Shown here: positions 26,601 to 40,499 of the stretch, piece after piece
Layout of the letters: every line of letters begins with the position of its first letter
How positions within the stretch are numbered: the stretch's first letter is position 1
Source of the DNA: Podospora anserina
Taxonomy: Eukaryota
DNA length: 64,000 nucleotides
Assembly (NCBI GenBank): GCA_017654855.1
Contig: CM030334.1
Location: 620,001 to 684,000, forward strand
Reading direction: 5' to 3'
Position numbers and translations under genes: made by a program
Notes under the pieces: model-generated
The model's input: only the letters and a program-made list of their open reading frames with translations
What the model was told of the DNA's origin: nothing
The model's database searches: none

Positions 26601-27100
26601 TTAAAAGGGGATTTTGGTATTTAAGTTAGAGTTCAGGAAAGAAGTTGTAACTTTTAGTAATTCTTAATGACTAAATATTATATAGTTAATAACAATTACT
26701 ATATACAAACGAATGCAATAAGGATTTTGATTAATGATGAATCATTATTGAATGATAGAGTAATAGTATTATCAAATATTAGAGCTACACTTATAGGAAA
26801 TATTAAATAAGATTTTTTTAATTGTTATAAATATAGTAATTAAATGAATCTTTAACGATATCAGAAGGTTATTATTTAATTGCTAAAATTATAGTAATAA
26901 GTAACGCTTAATAACAATACTTAGGTATTACTTCAAGTAGTTTGGTCCCTATTCTATTCTAGAGGTATATAGTTGTAGAGCTGTTTAAATATTACATTAT
27001 ATTTACTATTTAGTACTTAGTGTACATGGAAGTGTTAAAAATATATAAGAGTATAATAAAATGAAGAGGGTTTTTATTAGTAATTATCTTACTTAAAGCA
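23700..27100 (-). mobile_element. Probable degraded LINE (Tad-like non-LTR retrotransposon); boundaries approximate
   Basis: Minus-strand relics appear in the expected order: CY-N(C)..F(G)H knuckle (~26680), FNIH resembling endonuclease GDFNxH (~25635), and P(D)GISN of LINE RT (~24845). Weak, by-eye evidence. Confidence 0.4.
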
Positions 27101-27149
27101 ATATGGGACCTATACTTCGGAGGGGGTGGGTAAAAGGTAGGACCTAATG

Positions 27150-29744
27150 ATATAAACTAGCGTATAGTTACCTTTAAAATATAAGCTTGTAGTCTTAAAT
27201 AATTTTAAACCCTTATTTCATTAATAGATCTTTCTTTTAGGTAATAAATTTCATTTTCTTTACTAACTATATACTCTCCTATTATGATACGTTTTTTGTC
27301 CAGTTTAGCATAAATTATCAATATTATACTTAATATCATTATTTTACTATCTCAAAATTCTTAAATTATAGGACAATATGCATAAACACTTTAATAGTCT
27401 TTAAATTTGTATAGATTTTTCAAAACTATATATTCTCCACTTAATTATTAACGTAACACAAAAACCAAGCTAAACTATTAATGTATATGTTATTAAAAGT
27501 GATGGATTCACATACATTTTAATGTTAATTCAATATTATATGTATGCATTGTTTTTTTATATATATAATCAAATACTTTCTTTTAATTAAAAGTATAAAA
27601 ACTAAATCACCTTTTAGTAATATTTATGTATACGTAATATAAATTACTCATATGAACCTATTTGATTAAATTGTTTTCAATGGAGGGCGTCTTTATAGGA
27701 TACACAGCAAAGAATTTAGAAGTATGAAATATTAATACATTAACTTTTCTTTTAAATATTGTTTCATTTTCAATAATTACTTGGCCATATTCTTTTCACT
27801 TCATATAATGTTAATATAATATTTTTTCTCTTTATTTTCATCGGAAATATTTTCCTTAAATGTATTAATAGATAGTTAGAATATTGGAAATTAAAATAAT
27901 ATAGTTTTTAAATTATACGGGTTTAGCTTTTTAGTTTTTATACTCATTAATAGGGACCCAATTAACTATGTCTCCGAAAAAGGCTTCTTTATAAATGAAT
28001 GCTATTATGAAAACGTCTGAAGTTATACAATATTGATGTATTGATTTTGTTCAATATTTTTATTACCTTTACTAGTAAATTAATAATACTTCCCGCTATT
28101 AACTTTCTACTATCTCCCCATTTTATATTCTTCCTTTTTACTTTGATTAAAAATATGACATCTGTACTGCATTTCATTGTTTTATTAACTCAATTTTTTT
28201 AAATTATTTAATAATATAACTAAACCCTTTCATAATTTCGAAACACTCAGAAACCCTTTTGAATTATAAGTTTTACTTAATGCTTCACATAAACCTAAAA
28301 TAAATTATAGTTATTAATTTATATTTTACTAAAAATAAGGAATTATAAAAAATTGTCATTATAATATTCAAAATGCAGAATATAACTTCATATGGCGTAA
28401 TAAACACTTTTATTACTTGACAAAAAATAGTATTATATCAACATTATATGCACTAAAATTAATTTAATAATTTATAATATTAATTAGTTTTTTACATGAT
28501 GAAAACAAAGTTCCCTTCTATGTTATTCTTTAAGAATATATAACCCTACAGTGTAGCTTTACTTTGGTCTTTCGTTACTTAAATTTTACTTTCCTCTTTG
28601 AATAATAAATAAAGCCCCTATTCATATAGTTTACATTTTATCCTGGCATTTTTATTAAAAAATATTCATTATTGAATTTTCATAATATGATGAAAATATG
28701 AATAGAATTTAATATCTTAAAGTATTTAGTAGAATACAGTATTTAATATGATATTATAGTTATTAGTGGTTCATTTTTTGTAAATTCTACTTTATTATTT
28801 AATTGACAATTCCTTTTGTTTAAAATTAAAAATTTAATATTTACCATCATTATTGATTTTCATTATTATTCTGACCTTTTAACATTAACCATTGAATCTG
28901 TTATTTAGAAATACCAGTATTACTATTATGAAGAGACATTCTCCTTTTCTTTAAAAAAAATTCCCTATTCAATTTATGTTTCTGAAAAAACAAATCAATC
29001 TATTTTTTATACTCTGATTAATATTATCCCTAATAATATTATATTTCTGTATTATGAACTATACCTTTGACTAAATCCATTTTATAGTACGAAACACTCT
29101 ACCATTAATTTCTTTACTTTCTGTACAATATACATGTTCTCTATGTTATTTCTTATGCTATATAATTTACCTCTAACTTCTTTTTTATTCAATAAATTAT
29201 CTATGTTGTTATATAAATCTTTCTTTTAAATATTAATATTAGAAAGGACAGAAAAGAAAAAATAAAAACGTTATTGTGCAGCGTTAACATCAACCATTGG
29301 GCCGATTTTAATATCATCTAAAAACTATAAATATATCGGGTCTTAATTATTTAGGTCTATATCAGTAGGGGGCCGCTTCATAAATTAGGGTTGCTTAGGA
29401 CGATTAATGTATCTGTATCTTAGTTTTCTAAATATCCTTGGTAACATTAATAATAAATTAATAGTATTTTTACTTACAATCGTTTTGTTTTTCCAATACT
29501 GTTTTTTATATTTCCTCCATTTTAAGATAGGGTTTGTACATAATTAAATAAGTTAAATACTTTTTATACTTCAGCCTAATAATAAGAAAAATTATAAAGT
29601 TTTTATTAATCAATGTTATTAATTAAATTTCATTTTAAAAAGTTATTTTAAATTATAAAATAAAATTAAATACTATAAAGGCACCTATATTCAACTTATC
29701 TTTAATTATCTTTGTTTTATTAATAGAATTGAACAATATCATTA
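27150..29744 (-). mobile_element. Possible degraded Ty1/Copia RT-RNase H region; boundaries approximate
   Basis: Minus-strand relics resemble KxxxDG (~28845), KALYGL (~28550) and the RNase H DAS motif (~27685). All need indels to read. Confidence 0.35.
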
Positions 29745-30191
29745 TATAACGAATCCCTATCCAGAACCTCTAAAAGGAATACTAGTTAAAGGCACTTCTA
29801 AACAATCCTACCTGGTTCGGTATATCCAAATAGTATATAACAAATAGCTTATCTTAATCACAATAATCTTAATACTAACAACTATAACTTATATCTATTA
29901 CATACTACGGAAGTATCTATCTATACTAGCCAGTTTCTCTGTATATATAGACTAATAAATTACCTAGATTACTATACTAAGCGTGGTTCTAGATTACTTC
30001 TCCTAGCGTTAGCTCACTATAGATTATAAACTAAGAGTGATCCTGTATCACTCTCGTTACTTTAAGATTATTTAAATACTACGCTCTTAACGATTTAGGG
30101 CGCTCCACTTCCTTTTAGTTCCCGTGGCGATTAATTAGTATTCTTTATACCCCATATACTATTTAACTTACCTATTAGCTTAATTATAATT
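29745..30191 (-). repeat. LTR D: 3' LTR (U3 type delta, U5 type 1); right boundary approximate
   Basis: TATAACGAATCCCTATCCAGAACCTC is the RIP form of the family end, and the TATA/R core lies at ~29900-29950. The right end is inferred from PPT position by analogy with 43318. Confidence 0.75.
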
Positions 30192-32186
30192 TAATACCCT
30201 TCCTTTTAGGTCGATACCTTGGCGATTACGTCTCAAAAATAACTACCTTTTCTTTCTCCACTTAATATTCCTTAGTAAATTTCTGTTCTTTACTTTTCTT
30301 CCATAAGGCCTTTAACTATATTTAACCGTATAATAGCCGAGACTAAATGACTAGCCTGTAAGGAGGAACTTACTAAAGAGCGTCTTTAATATATTTAGTG
30401 TAAAGTTTAAAAGATTTAACGTATAGGTAGAAAAATCTTTACGACTTTTACCTATTTTTATTGTAATACCACTACCTTTCGTTTCATAGTACCGAAATAG
30501 TATAATTTGGTTTTATTTCCTTAAATAAAGTTAAGGTAACTAATTATTATAAAGTGGAAATTATTACAGCCGCGTAGACCCTAAGTACTATCGATTTAAT
30601 TAATTAAACCATTATATTAAATAGTATCCCTTTAATCGATCCTTTCCTTTCGCCTTTACTTTAAACTTCCCTAAATCTTTCCGGCGGAATCTCTCCTATT
30701 TCCTAAAGTAACTAATTATAAACCTATCCTTAAAAACCTATTAACTTTCCAATATAGTATAAAATATATTAATTATTACGTCGGAAACGGGGATTCGATT
30801 CCCGTCGAGATTTTCATATTATTAAAATTAATTAATACTTATCGCGATTTCAACGCGCCTCTTTTTATTTATATTAACTTTAGTCAGTTTAAATATTACC
30901 GGTAAAATCTTTTTAACTTATCAGGGTAATTTACATTTATCGTTAGTTCTCACGAGTTATTTGAAGCTAGGTAAGTTAATTAACTAATTAAATATTCTAA
31001 TTAACTTTTATTAAACCGTAAATCTAATATTTCTTTTATATCGTATTTCTTTTCGTTATTTTCCGGTATTCTTTAAGTATTAACTTTACTTACCGGTAAT
31101 ACGGGTTCCAAAAATAAAATATTAAAAAAACATAACCGTAAACGTATTATACTAAATAACTTTAATTTTTGCATTATCTCGGATATTTTTTCATAACTTT
31201 ACATAAGCTTACTCTCCTATAGTCTAGCTTCTAATTAGGTTTTTTTATACGTAAATTATATATAAAAAGGAATACTATATCCCTTCCTTTAAGGTAAGGT
31301 TCCTCGAGCTTTTTAATATTATAATATTGCTAGATCTTTTCTTTTAAACTCTAGGTTTTCTTTAAACATACTATAAAATATAAACAATTGATTTACTTTA
31401 ACCCTAGCATTAATACTTTTATATTAAGTCCCTACCCTAGGTATACTTTATATTCGAAGTTTACAAAGAACAGCGTAATCCTGATTATTCCATTGGTAAT
31501 ATATTATATATTAATTATATTATAAATAGTAATTTATTCTAATCGGTTTATTTAAAATCCATATAATTTCGCCACTATTATATTATAATATAACAAAAAT
31601 ATTCCGCTTAATTATCTATTTTAAAATGTTAAGCCGAAAACACTTTATTTACTACCCCTCACTTCGTTACTAACGCTGTTTAAAACTTCAATATAAATGT
31701 AACATCGCGGTCCGTAAAAAGCTCCTTCGCTTATATATATGCTACTATAATATACGGTAGTGTTGGCTTTACTAATTATTTTACCGACTAGGTTTTATTA
31801 TAAACAAAGAATTATACTTACATAATAAGCCTATCGATTACCGTTAATATATTATGATACTGAACGCCGGTTATTAAATTTTTTAATTTAATCATTTAAC
31901 AATACAATATATTATAATCAAATTTTATATTTGCTCCGCTATTAATAATAACTATAGAAATCTATAAAACTTATATTTTATAACCTTTACTTTTTCGTAT
32001 ATGTAATATAGTTGAATAATTTCTTTAACATTATTTTTAATCCTTAATTAATTAAAGTATTATATAATCTTTTCTAAAATCTTTATAATACCTATATATT
32101 TTCCGAGTTTCGACTTATAATTTTTATTATTAGTACCGTGTTATTATTTAATTTTACGTACGCTCGATTTTAATATTATAGTTTTC

Positions 32187-32774
32187 TGTTATAATAGGTA
32201 CTATTGAGGCCTATAACATATAGGCTCGAATAGCTATCGGCGCAGTATACTGAGAGCGAAGAAGACTTTGACTGCAGCATTCGACAGTTGCCGAGGCACA
32301 AAAGGAAGGTGGATAACAGAGACGGCGCCCTATAATATATATAAAGTAATGACTATAATATAGGCTTATGAGGCACTAATAAGTATAGTGAACCAGTATA
32401 TTAATTGAACTTATATGCTAAGAAATATTACAGTAAACAGGGTATAAGGCAGAGGTCTTATAGGCCGTCGGTCCTCCACTCGCTCCCCGAGGCTGACTCC
32501 GTTCCCGGGCCCGAACGCCCGCTAAGTACGCTAGTTAAAATAAAGTTATAGGCCACGTTATAGGCTACATTACATTACCGTTAACCGTTACAGGGCACTA
32601 GCCTTAGCGCTCGGCTTTCCGAGACTTCGGGTTACTTTAGGGAGCCGAGTTCCGCTCCGGCAACCGTAGTCCCTAAGCACTACTGATCCAAGCTATCGTA
32701 TTGCCTCTGAGGCCCCGTAATCTACAGGGCTCAGATACACTATAAAATCCACAAACAGAAGCTCTACTTTAATA
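32187..32774. mobile_element. LTR F: solo LTR of an unrelated family (588 bp) inserted in the integrase region, TSD TTTTC
   Basis: TGTTAT...TTAATA termini (TG...CA after RIP), with TTTTC at 32182-32186 and 32775-32779. The sister element is uninterrupted at the equivalent site (~45800). Confidence 0.85.
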
Positions 32775-35700
32775 TTTTCCCTAACTATTTTCCAAATACC
32801 TTATAGTTTTAATTTTTCCTATTAGTATTACTCCGAAATATCGTCGATTAATTTCCCTTAGTACTTATTATCAATAAGATATTCGCGATATACTATATAA
32901 TATTTTATTTACAACTAATATAAATATTTAAAATTACTTTTTAATGTTTCTTTAAATAATAGTAATAACTCTTTGAATATATCTTTATAATAATCGGCTT
33001 ACCGGTTAAATACGTTTATCCTTGCGTTTTTAAAACTTTTTTTATAATTAATCTGGAAATTAAATTCCGAAGGAAACTTTAATTATCGCGTTTATCGTAT
33101 ATCAAGGACCTTCGTAATGATAAAGTATCGTAAGTTCTTATAGTCTCTATAGACCTATATTTTATAACTAATATTCTTAAAACATAGCCTTTACTCCTCG
33201 AATATTTCGATAATAGCGAATAGTTTTGTATTATAGATTAAATAATTTAACGTATCCCTTTTAGCTTTTTTGGAAAGAAGGTTACCAAATATAGCTTTCC
33301 ATTAGTATCCCGTTAATATAATTATTAATTAACTATATAATTTAATATACTAACTTCGATCTCGAGTGGTAGATTAAGGTTTAGTAATTTAAATACCGGA
33401 TCTTTTAAAATAACTTTCTTTAATTTTTAAAAACCCCACTCCTTTTTTTATTCCTACCGGAACCCTATACTTCTTTTAATTAAATAATTAAATAACCGCG
33501 TAAGTCCTATACAATTTGAAATAAACATTCAATAAAAATTTTTAATTCTTAAAATTTCCCTAACGTATATTTATAATTATAGTATAGATCAGCTGTTAAT
33601 TACCGTAATTTTTTAATTTCTATCTAAACCTCTCCTAATAATATTAAATATCTTAAATATATCATTTTTTATATATAGAACTCGCTCTTTTCTTTATTAA
33701 TTAAAAGTCTAGTTCCGTATAATACGTCGAGTATTTGTCGTATATATCACTTAGATTTCCTAAAATGTATAAGTAAATAAAAGTATTATGGAAATAATAT
33801 ATTATTATTTTATCGAAGTACTCTTAAATTATATGGTTAACGAAAGATCAAAACGCTATAGGCGAATTAATTAACCCGGATACTATTATAAAATATACGA
33901 AACATTATTTTCTATTTATCCTTTTCCTTAATTTATAATTAAATGTATTTAATAAGTATATTTAGACATCAATATTCTTACACTTTAACTAATTAATTTT
34001 ATAATTTAAATATTAATAGTAACGAATCACTATTTTTTACCATTTCGTTATTTAATTAACAGTAATTTATATATAATCGTAAACTACCGTCTTTCTTTAA
34101 TACGACGAATGCGGGGTATTTTGCTCAAAATGCAAACTTCTTAATATATCCTCTTTTTAAATTTTATTTTAATATTTCTATAAATTTTTATTTTACTTAT
34201 TGTTAATATAATAGGCTTTAAATAACTATACTTTAGCTTTTCTTTTCACTTAGGTTTATAGTCTTACGGTTTCTGCTTTAAAAGTCCCTCTAAATATTTA
34301 ACTATAAAGGCTAAGTATTTTCGATATTTTATTGGTACCGCTTTTTTCTTACCTTTCTTTACGTTATTATAATAAATATATATTTTAGCCTTCGATATTT
34401 CTATTAATGTCGTCAATCCTATTTCTTCAATCGTACCGTTTATATCGATAAAGTATACTATTACTTTCTAAGCTGCTTATAATGATACCGTGGAGGGTAT
34501 TTATCCTATACTCTATTCTATACGTGCTTTTAATCTCCTATCGTTAGTTAAATATCTTTAAGGTTTTTTTCATTTTAAGTAGTTACCATTCTTTTAATCG
34601 ACATTTAAATTATAATTTTTATATTATGATTATTTTAGGATTGTATCTTTCGAGGGTTTTATATGTATTGCATTTAATATAATTCAAGTTATTTTCCATT
34701 CGACTATAATATTTAAATGTAATATTTCTTATTGAACTGTTTATATCGGGAATAGTCTTTAAATTACAATTTATTTTTCCTCTTTTATAGTGTTTTAATT
34801 GAATATAAAACTACATTACAATTGAATTCGTTTACGCACTTTCATTTATTAATATTACTACTTAAATATCCTTTTAATATACTATACTTTAACAGCGTTT
34901 ATTTTGTTTAAGTTCTTTCTTATATAGTAACGACCTCGCTAATAAATATTGGGTTATTATCCTATACCTTCGCTTTACGTTAATATTTCCGATAATATTT
35001 TTCGTAGTCTATTAAAGATTACCGGTCCCTACGAAGGGCTACGACTTGTGTTTTAAGTAATTATATCATTTAAAATATCTTTTTTTTGGGTTAAATAACG
35101 CGCATTCCTTGAACTATATCCGTTTAACTTGTTCTTACTTTCTATCTCTTACCTTTTAAATTTTTTATCGTGCTTATATCTAATAGTTGTTCCGCTATTT
35201 AATCGTTTCCTTAGGCTCCTTTACTTAATAATATCGCTTAACTTTTTTTTATAAATATAGCGCGTAGTCCGGGCTTAAGTATAACGTAAATAGTATTTCT
35301 CTTTATAAAACTAGAATTTTTTTTTAACCTCGTTCCTTGATTTACTTCAAGTAAGATCCTATATACCTAAATATATATTATATTATTTAAAGGCTACTTT
35401 TTCATTCAATTAGGTCCCAAATCATTTTTGGGAAATAATTGTTTATTTCTTCTTGAAACTTTTCTTACTTAATTATTCTTTTTTTAACTAATTAAACTTT
35501 ACTTTTTTTGTTTACTTTATATATTAGCTAAGAGCTATATACTACCTTATTTTAATAATATTCCCTATATTAAAATATTATATATTTAAAATAAGATTCT
35601 TTTTAATATTCCGGATGTTTAAAGTAAAATTATACTGTAATTCCTTTGTAGAATATATACTAAATAACTAGAGGTACTTATCTTAATTATTTCGCGATTT

Positions 35701-37059
35701 TAATACTAGTAACCTTTTTATTTTCTTATTTTCTTTTTAGTTTTATATACGAGTTTTTAAAGGTATAATATTTCTTATATAGAATTATGGTCTTTTATAA
35801 TCTCCGTAATAATTTATATTAATTAATCCTATGATTTCTATATTTAAAGATCTTGATCTTTATACTTTACCTTTAGATTCTTTATTACTTTTTATGATTT
35901 TAAAAACGTTTTATTTTTTTGTTTTATCATATTGATTAAAGTTGTCTTCGAAGTTTAAAGCTATGTTTTTTTAATTATTAATAAATACGACCTCTATAAC
36001 TCTCGAGACTTTTAAAGTAATTTTTATTATAATCTTTTTTTTAACCGAATCGTTCAAATACTTTATAATCCTTTCTAAAATACCTTGCTTAGTATGATTA
36101 AATTACCTAAAGTTATTTTTACCCTACCCCCAGCCTTATAGTCTTTATTACTATATAATATCGACCTTTATCGGTTTTATATATATAATACCGGATTAAT
36201 GAATATTGAAATATTATCATTTACATATACTATTTAAGCGGTTATTGCCTTAATATTTTTTATTATTACTTTTTTTTATATAATATTAAATTACCGATCG
36301 TTGATTCGTATAGCCATAGTAATATATTTATCGATAGTCTTAAACCACGATTCTTTATACAATTTCATGTTTACCTCCTCTATAAAGCTATTATAGAAAA
36401 GCTATATCAACTTTTTTTCGTTAAGAATATTACGAAAACTATTACTTTTAAATAAAGTTATATAATTTACTATTAAGTGCATTTAGTATAGGTTTACGAG
36501 CCTTTTTTATACGTACTTTACTTTATTATACTTTTTAAATATTTTTAAATCTTAATTGCGAAAATATAATCGCTTTTAGTGAATCAAACCTTATTTCTTT
36601 TAATCCTCCTCTTCCTTTTCATAATAATTAATAAAGATAGGCCTAAACTATATAAAAGCACTATCTTTAAGCCTAATTACCGCGAGGATTACTGTTAATT
36701 TTTCGTTTATAAATTAGTTTAAATAATAACGAAAATAAGCTTTAAATTAAATTAAAATTCTTTGAATTTTACTTTTCTTCCTTTATAATACTTTAGTACT
36801 AGAAACCTAAGTATCGACTAAAATATAATCGTTATAATAATAATTTAATCCCGGATTTATTAAACTTTACTTTTAAATTCTTTAACGCGTTTAATAAGCT
36901 GTTCCGTAAATATAATATTAGATTTAGATATTATCGTAGAAGACCCGTTACTATCTAGATTAAGCGGAACGCCTCCTATTTAAACGTTCTTAGGTACAGC
37001 TATAGTAATAAAAACCGCATTTAACTTATCCGTAATAGAGTTAAAGTAGACATATAATA

Positions 37060-37458
37060 TATCACGAACCTTTATCCAGAATTTCTAAAACAGATATTAG
37101 TTAAAGGCAATTTTAAATAATCCTAGATCGTTATAGTTAAAAAATATATAATAAATAGTTCATTCTAATTACAATAGTCTAAATACTAACGATTTTAACT
37201 TGTATTATATACTGCGGAACTATCTATTTATACTAGCCAGTTCCTCCGTATATATAAACCTAGGGACCGTGGACCGTTGACTTCTAGACGGTCCTCGGTC
37301 CTCTCCTTATTGGCCGATACTAGACCGTGCCCCGCCGTGGTCCCTGGTCTCAATTCTATTTGTCCATCCTGTCCACCTGGACCGTGAGTCCCGCTTAATC
37401 GCCCGGTCCAGTCCTGATTAGTTCCTTGCGTCTCCACCTGCTCCCAAAAACCATGACA
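37060..37458 (-). repeat. LTR E: 5' LTR (U3 type alpha, U5 type 1)
   Basis: TATCACGAACC...CCATGACA. Its reverse complement matches 60411-60816 and it is adjacent to the same leader sequence. Confidence 0.88.
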
Positions 37459-39359
37459 TAATATCCCATCCCAAAAGCATTATAAATAATCCTGGAAATC
37501 AATCCCATTTTTTATTAATATAGTTTACTAATATCTCTTAAAAGTTTACGAAATAAATTGTATAGGTAACGAAAAACCCGTTTATACTTTAAAAGTTTTC
37601 TGGAAAGATTTTCTTTATATAATATTATTATGTTAAGTATAGTAGGTACTAATACAATAAATAATGAAGTTAATGTTCCTTTAACCGAAGCATTATGTGT
37701 ATTTTTCTATAATAGGATATTCATGTACTTAGATAACCTCTAATAATATATTTCTTTCTATAAACTTAATGTTTTACTAAATAGTATACTTTCTTTACCG
37801 GATTTATTATTTCCTTACCTTTATTTACGTTATTAATGCTAAAAGTTACGTTATTATTAAAAAATGCTTTTCTTGGCATAAATAGTTACAAATAATTACT
37901 ATTGATCTTCATAATGTATATATAATTCAAAGATTTAAATATTACTTTATAATCCTTTATTGATTTAAGTTTTAACTTCTTATTACTACTTTATTTATTT
38001 TACTATAATTTTAAGATCTTTTATAATTATATAAATTTTTTTAAATAGTTTATTTAAAATAAAGGCTTTGCTGAATATATTACGGTCTTAGAGAAGTCTA
38101 TACTTCTTTATTTAAAATAAACCTTTTAGAGGTAAAAGACAATTTAAAAATATAAAAGAAGTTAAAAAATATAAATGGAAGGAAGAAAATATCAAACTTT
38201 AAATTATATGAGAAATTGTGAAAGTAAGTTCAGAGAAAACAATCAAAAATATGTTGGATATTTACCAATCTTAAATGGTTTTTACATATTGAATTAGTCA
38301 AATTTAAATGTTGTTCAAATAAAATAAGATTGTATATAAGTATATTACTATAAATATTAAGTTTTATTTTACACTTAATTTCTACTTGTATTTCTTTGCT
38401 TTTTGTTATTAGAAATTACCTTACCTTTTTCACTTTTCAAGAAATATATCGTAATATTTTTTTATCACAGAGTTAATATTCTATGAAAGGGTAAAAGACT
38501 TAATCCGCCGGTCTTTATAAATAATAAAAGAAATAACGCTTTGTTTGCTTTTAAAGTTTAATATTAAGTTTTAAACATAAAAGTAACGAATAATTATTAC
38601 TATTTTATTAACGATTATATTTTAAGAAACTATTTTAAAATCATATTAATTGTAAGATAATTCAACCCTTAGTTTTATATATATACAAAATTTATTAGAG
38701 TTAGATTACTTATTTTAAGCAAACAAATAAGATTTTATAATTCAAATATAATAATAATAACCTAAAGAAAAAAGCTTTTATAAAGCTTAATTATCCAACA
38801 GTAAAAAAGTTTAAAGTTTACTATACTTGAATATAACTTAATTAATTTACGAGGTAAAGTTAGTAAATATTAATCTAAATACAAAAATAAGTGGATCTAT
38901 TATTAATTGTGTTTATTATAAAAAGCCTTAGCTATTTAATATACTAAGCTTTTCATTACTTTAAGGACTTAATATTACTGTATTTTCAAAATTAATTTAA
39001 CTAAGGTCATTTTTAACGTTTTATAAAAATATAGAAATTCCAATAATGACTTATGATTATTATAGTAGTTATTCGAATGATTGCGGTGATAGTGAGTTAA
39101 GTCATAGATTAGGTATTGAATTAAAAAATTAAATTTCTAATTTAAAAAAGGTTATTTAAAAAAGAGTCTATAAATAATATAAAACCAGCCTGTATTTTAT
39201 TAATAATAAGTAAAATTAAAAAATTGATAATAATTTGAAAATACCGGTAAAGAAGATAAAGGTAGAAAAAAAGACTTTAAAGCTTATATTACTAACTTTT
39301 AGAAGATCTAGGCCAAAGAAATTAGAAAGATTAAGTAAAGCCTTTCCTCTTAATACTCC

Positions 39360-40340
39360 TAAATCTAGAAAGCTAAAGAGTAAACCTACCTTCAATAAAA
39401 AAAATTTAAATAATAGTAAAGATTTCTTTAATAACGGAAATTAAGTGTTTTTAAGAGGTTTGATTTCTTTTTAATGAACTTATAATACAACAAAAAATAT
39501 TTTGGCCTTTTACTCCAGTGATAAAAAGACTTAGAGGGAATTTATTCAAAGTATTAACTTCTATGAATAATATAAAGATTTAAGTAATTATTGTTAATAT
39601 TGTAGTAAAGGTTTAGGGTTATAAAATACTAGAATACTATTTCCTAAAGAGTTTTAATATTTTTAATAATGAATTAATTATAGTTCCGTTTATTAACCTC
39701 GTGGTACGTGGTATGATAGGTTTTGTAAAGATTTTAAAAAATATATATTTTATATTTAATTTAGTAAAGCTTTTATTCAAGACTCATAAGTTATATAGTG
39801 AGTAATATTAACAAACTCTTCTATAGTTTTAAGGTTTTTATAAAGTTTTTCAAGTTATTCTTTTTATTTTATTATTCAGTTAAATTCTATTAAAGGTAAA
39901 AGATTAAGGTATATCTTTACTAACAAAAACTATCAGTGGCCGCTTTTTTAAAATCAGGTTAATACGGTTTTTGGGATTATATGAGTTATTTAATATCAAT
40001 GGTATAATAAAAATGATTATAGTTTTTAATAGACTATATTATTTAATACATTAACATTGAATTTTATAGTGAGTAGTAGGTTTTTATAATATTGAGTAAA
40101 AGATAATATTATATTAGTATTATAAATCTTTATCATCCACTTAATAATTTATATATTAAGCTAATTTCAATATATAGCTTTTTAGGGGTTTATATTAGTA
40201 TCATTTAACGCTTAAGGTTATTTTAGCTTTTTATTATTTACGTTTCACTTCATTATTTTAATAGTAAGGTTATTATTTCTGTTATTTACGTTACGCTCTG
40301 GCGCATTTTTTCTAAAAAAAGCATTTATTTATAAAGAAAT
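39360..40340 (-). repeat. Inverted, diverged copy (~1 kb) of the Ty3/Gypsy RT region at ~40905-41900
   Basis: TTTACGTTACGCTCTGG (~40285) vs CCGGAGCGTAACGTAAA (~40940). By-eye reverse-complement alignment extends outward for about 1 kb. Confidence 0.7.
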
Positions 40341-40499
40341 TGGAAGAGGGATATCTAATCAAATAGAACGTTTTATACTATAATTAACTAATAGGTTCAA
40401 TAACATATTATGGTAAATTGTGAATACAAATGTTTTTATATCTTTTATTTATAGAAGAATAAATAGTAATTAAATAAGATTTATCAGGTATCAACTCTC

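Larger units (their letters stand above)
29745..37458 (-). mobile_element. Ty3/Gypsy chromovirus element (gag-PR-RT-RH-IN-chromodomain), RIP-mutated, with non-identical LTRs D and E and an internal solo LTR F
   Basis: The pol region is colinear with the 42949-50123 element (e.g. 33700-34700 vs 46730-47700). Chromodomain relic at ~30900-31060, PPT-like CCTAAAAGGAAGGG at ~30197-30210, and the family leader sequence next to LTR E. Confidence 0.85.
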
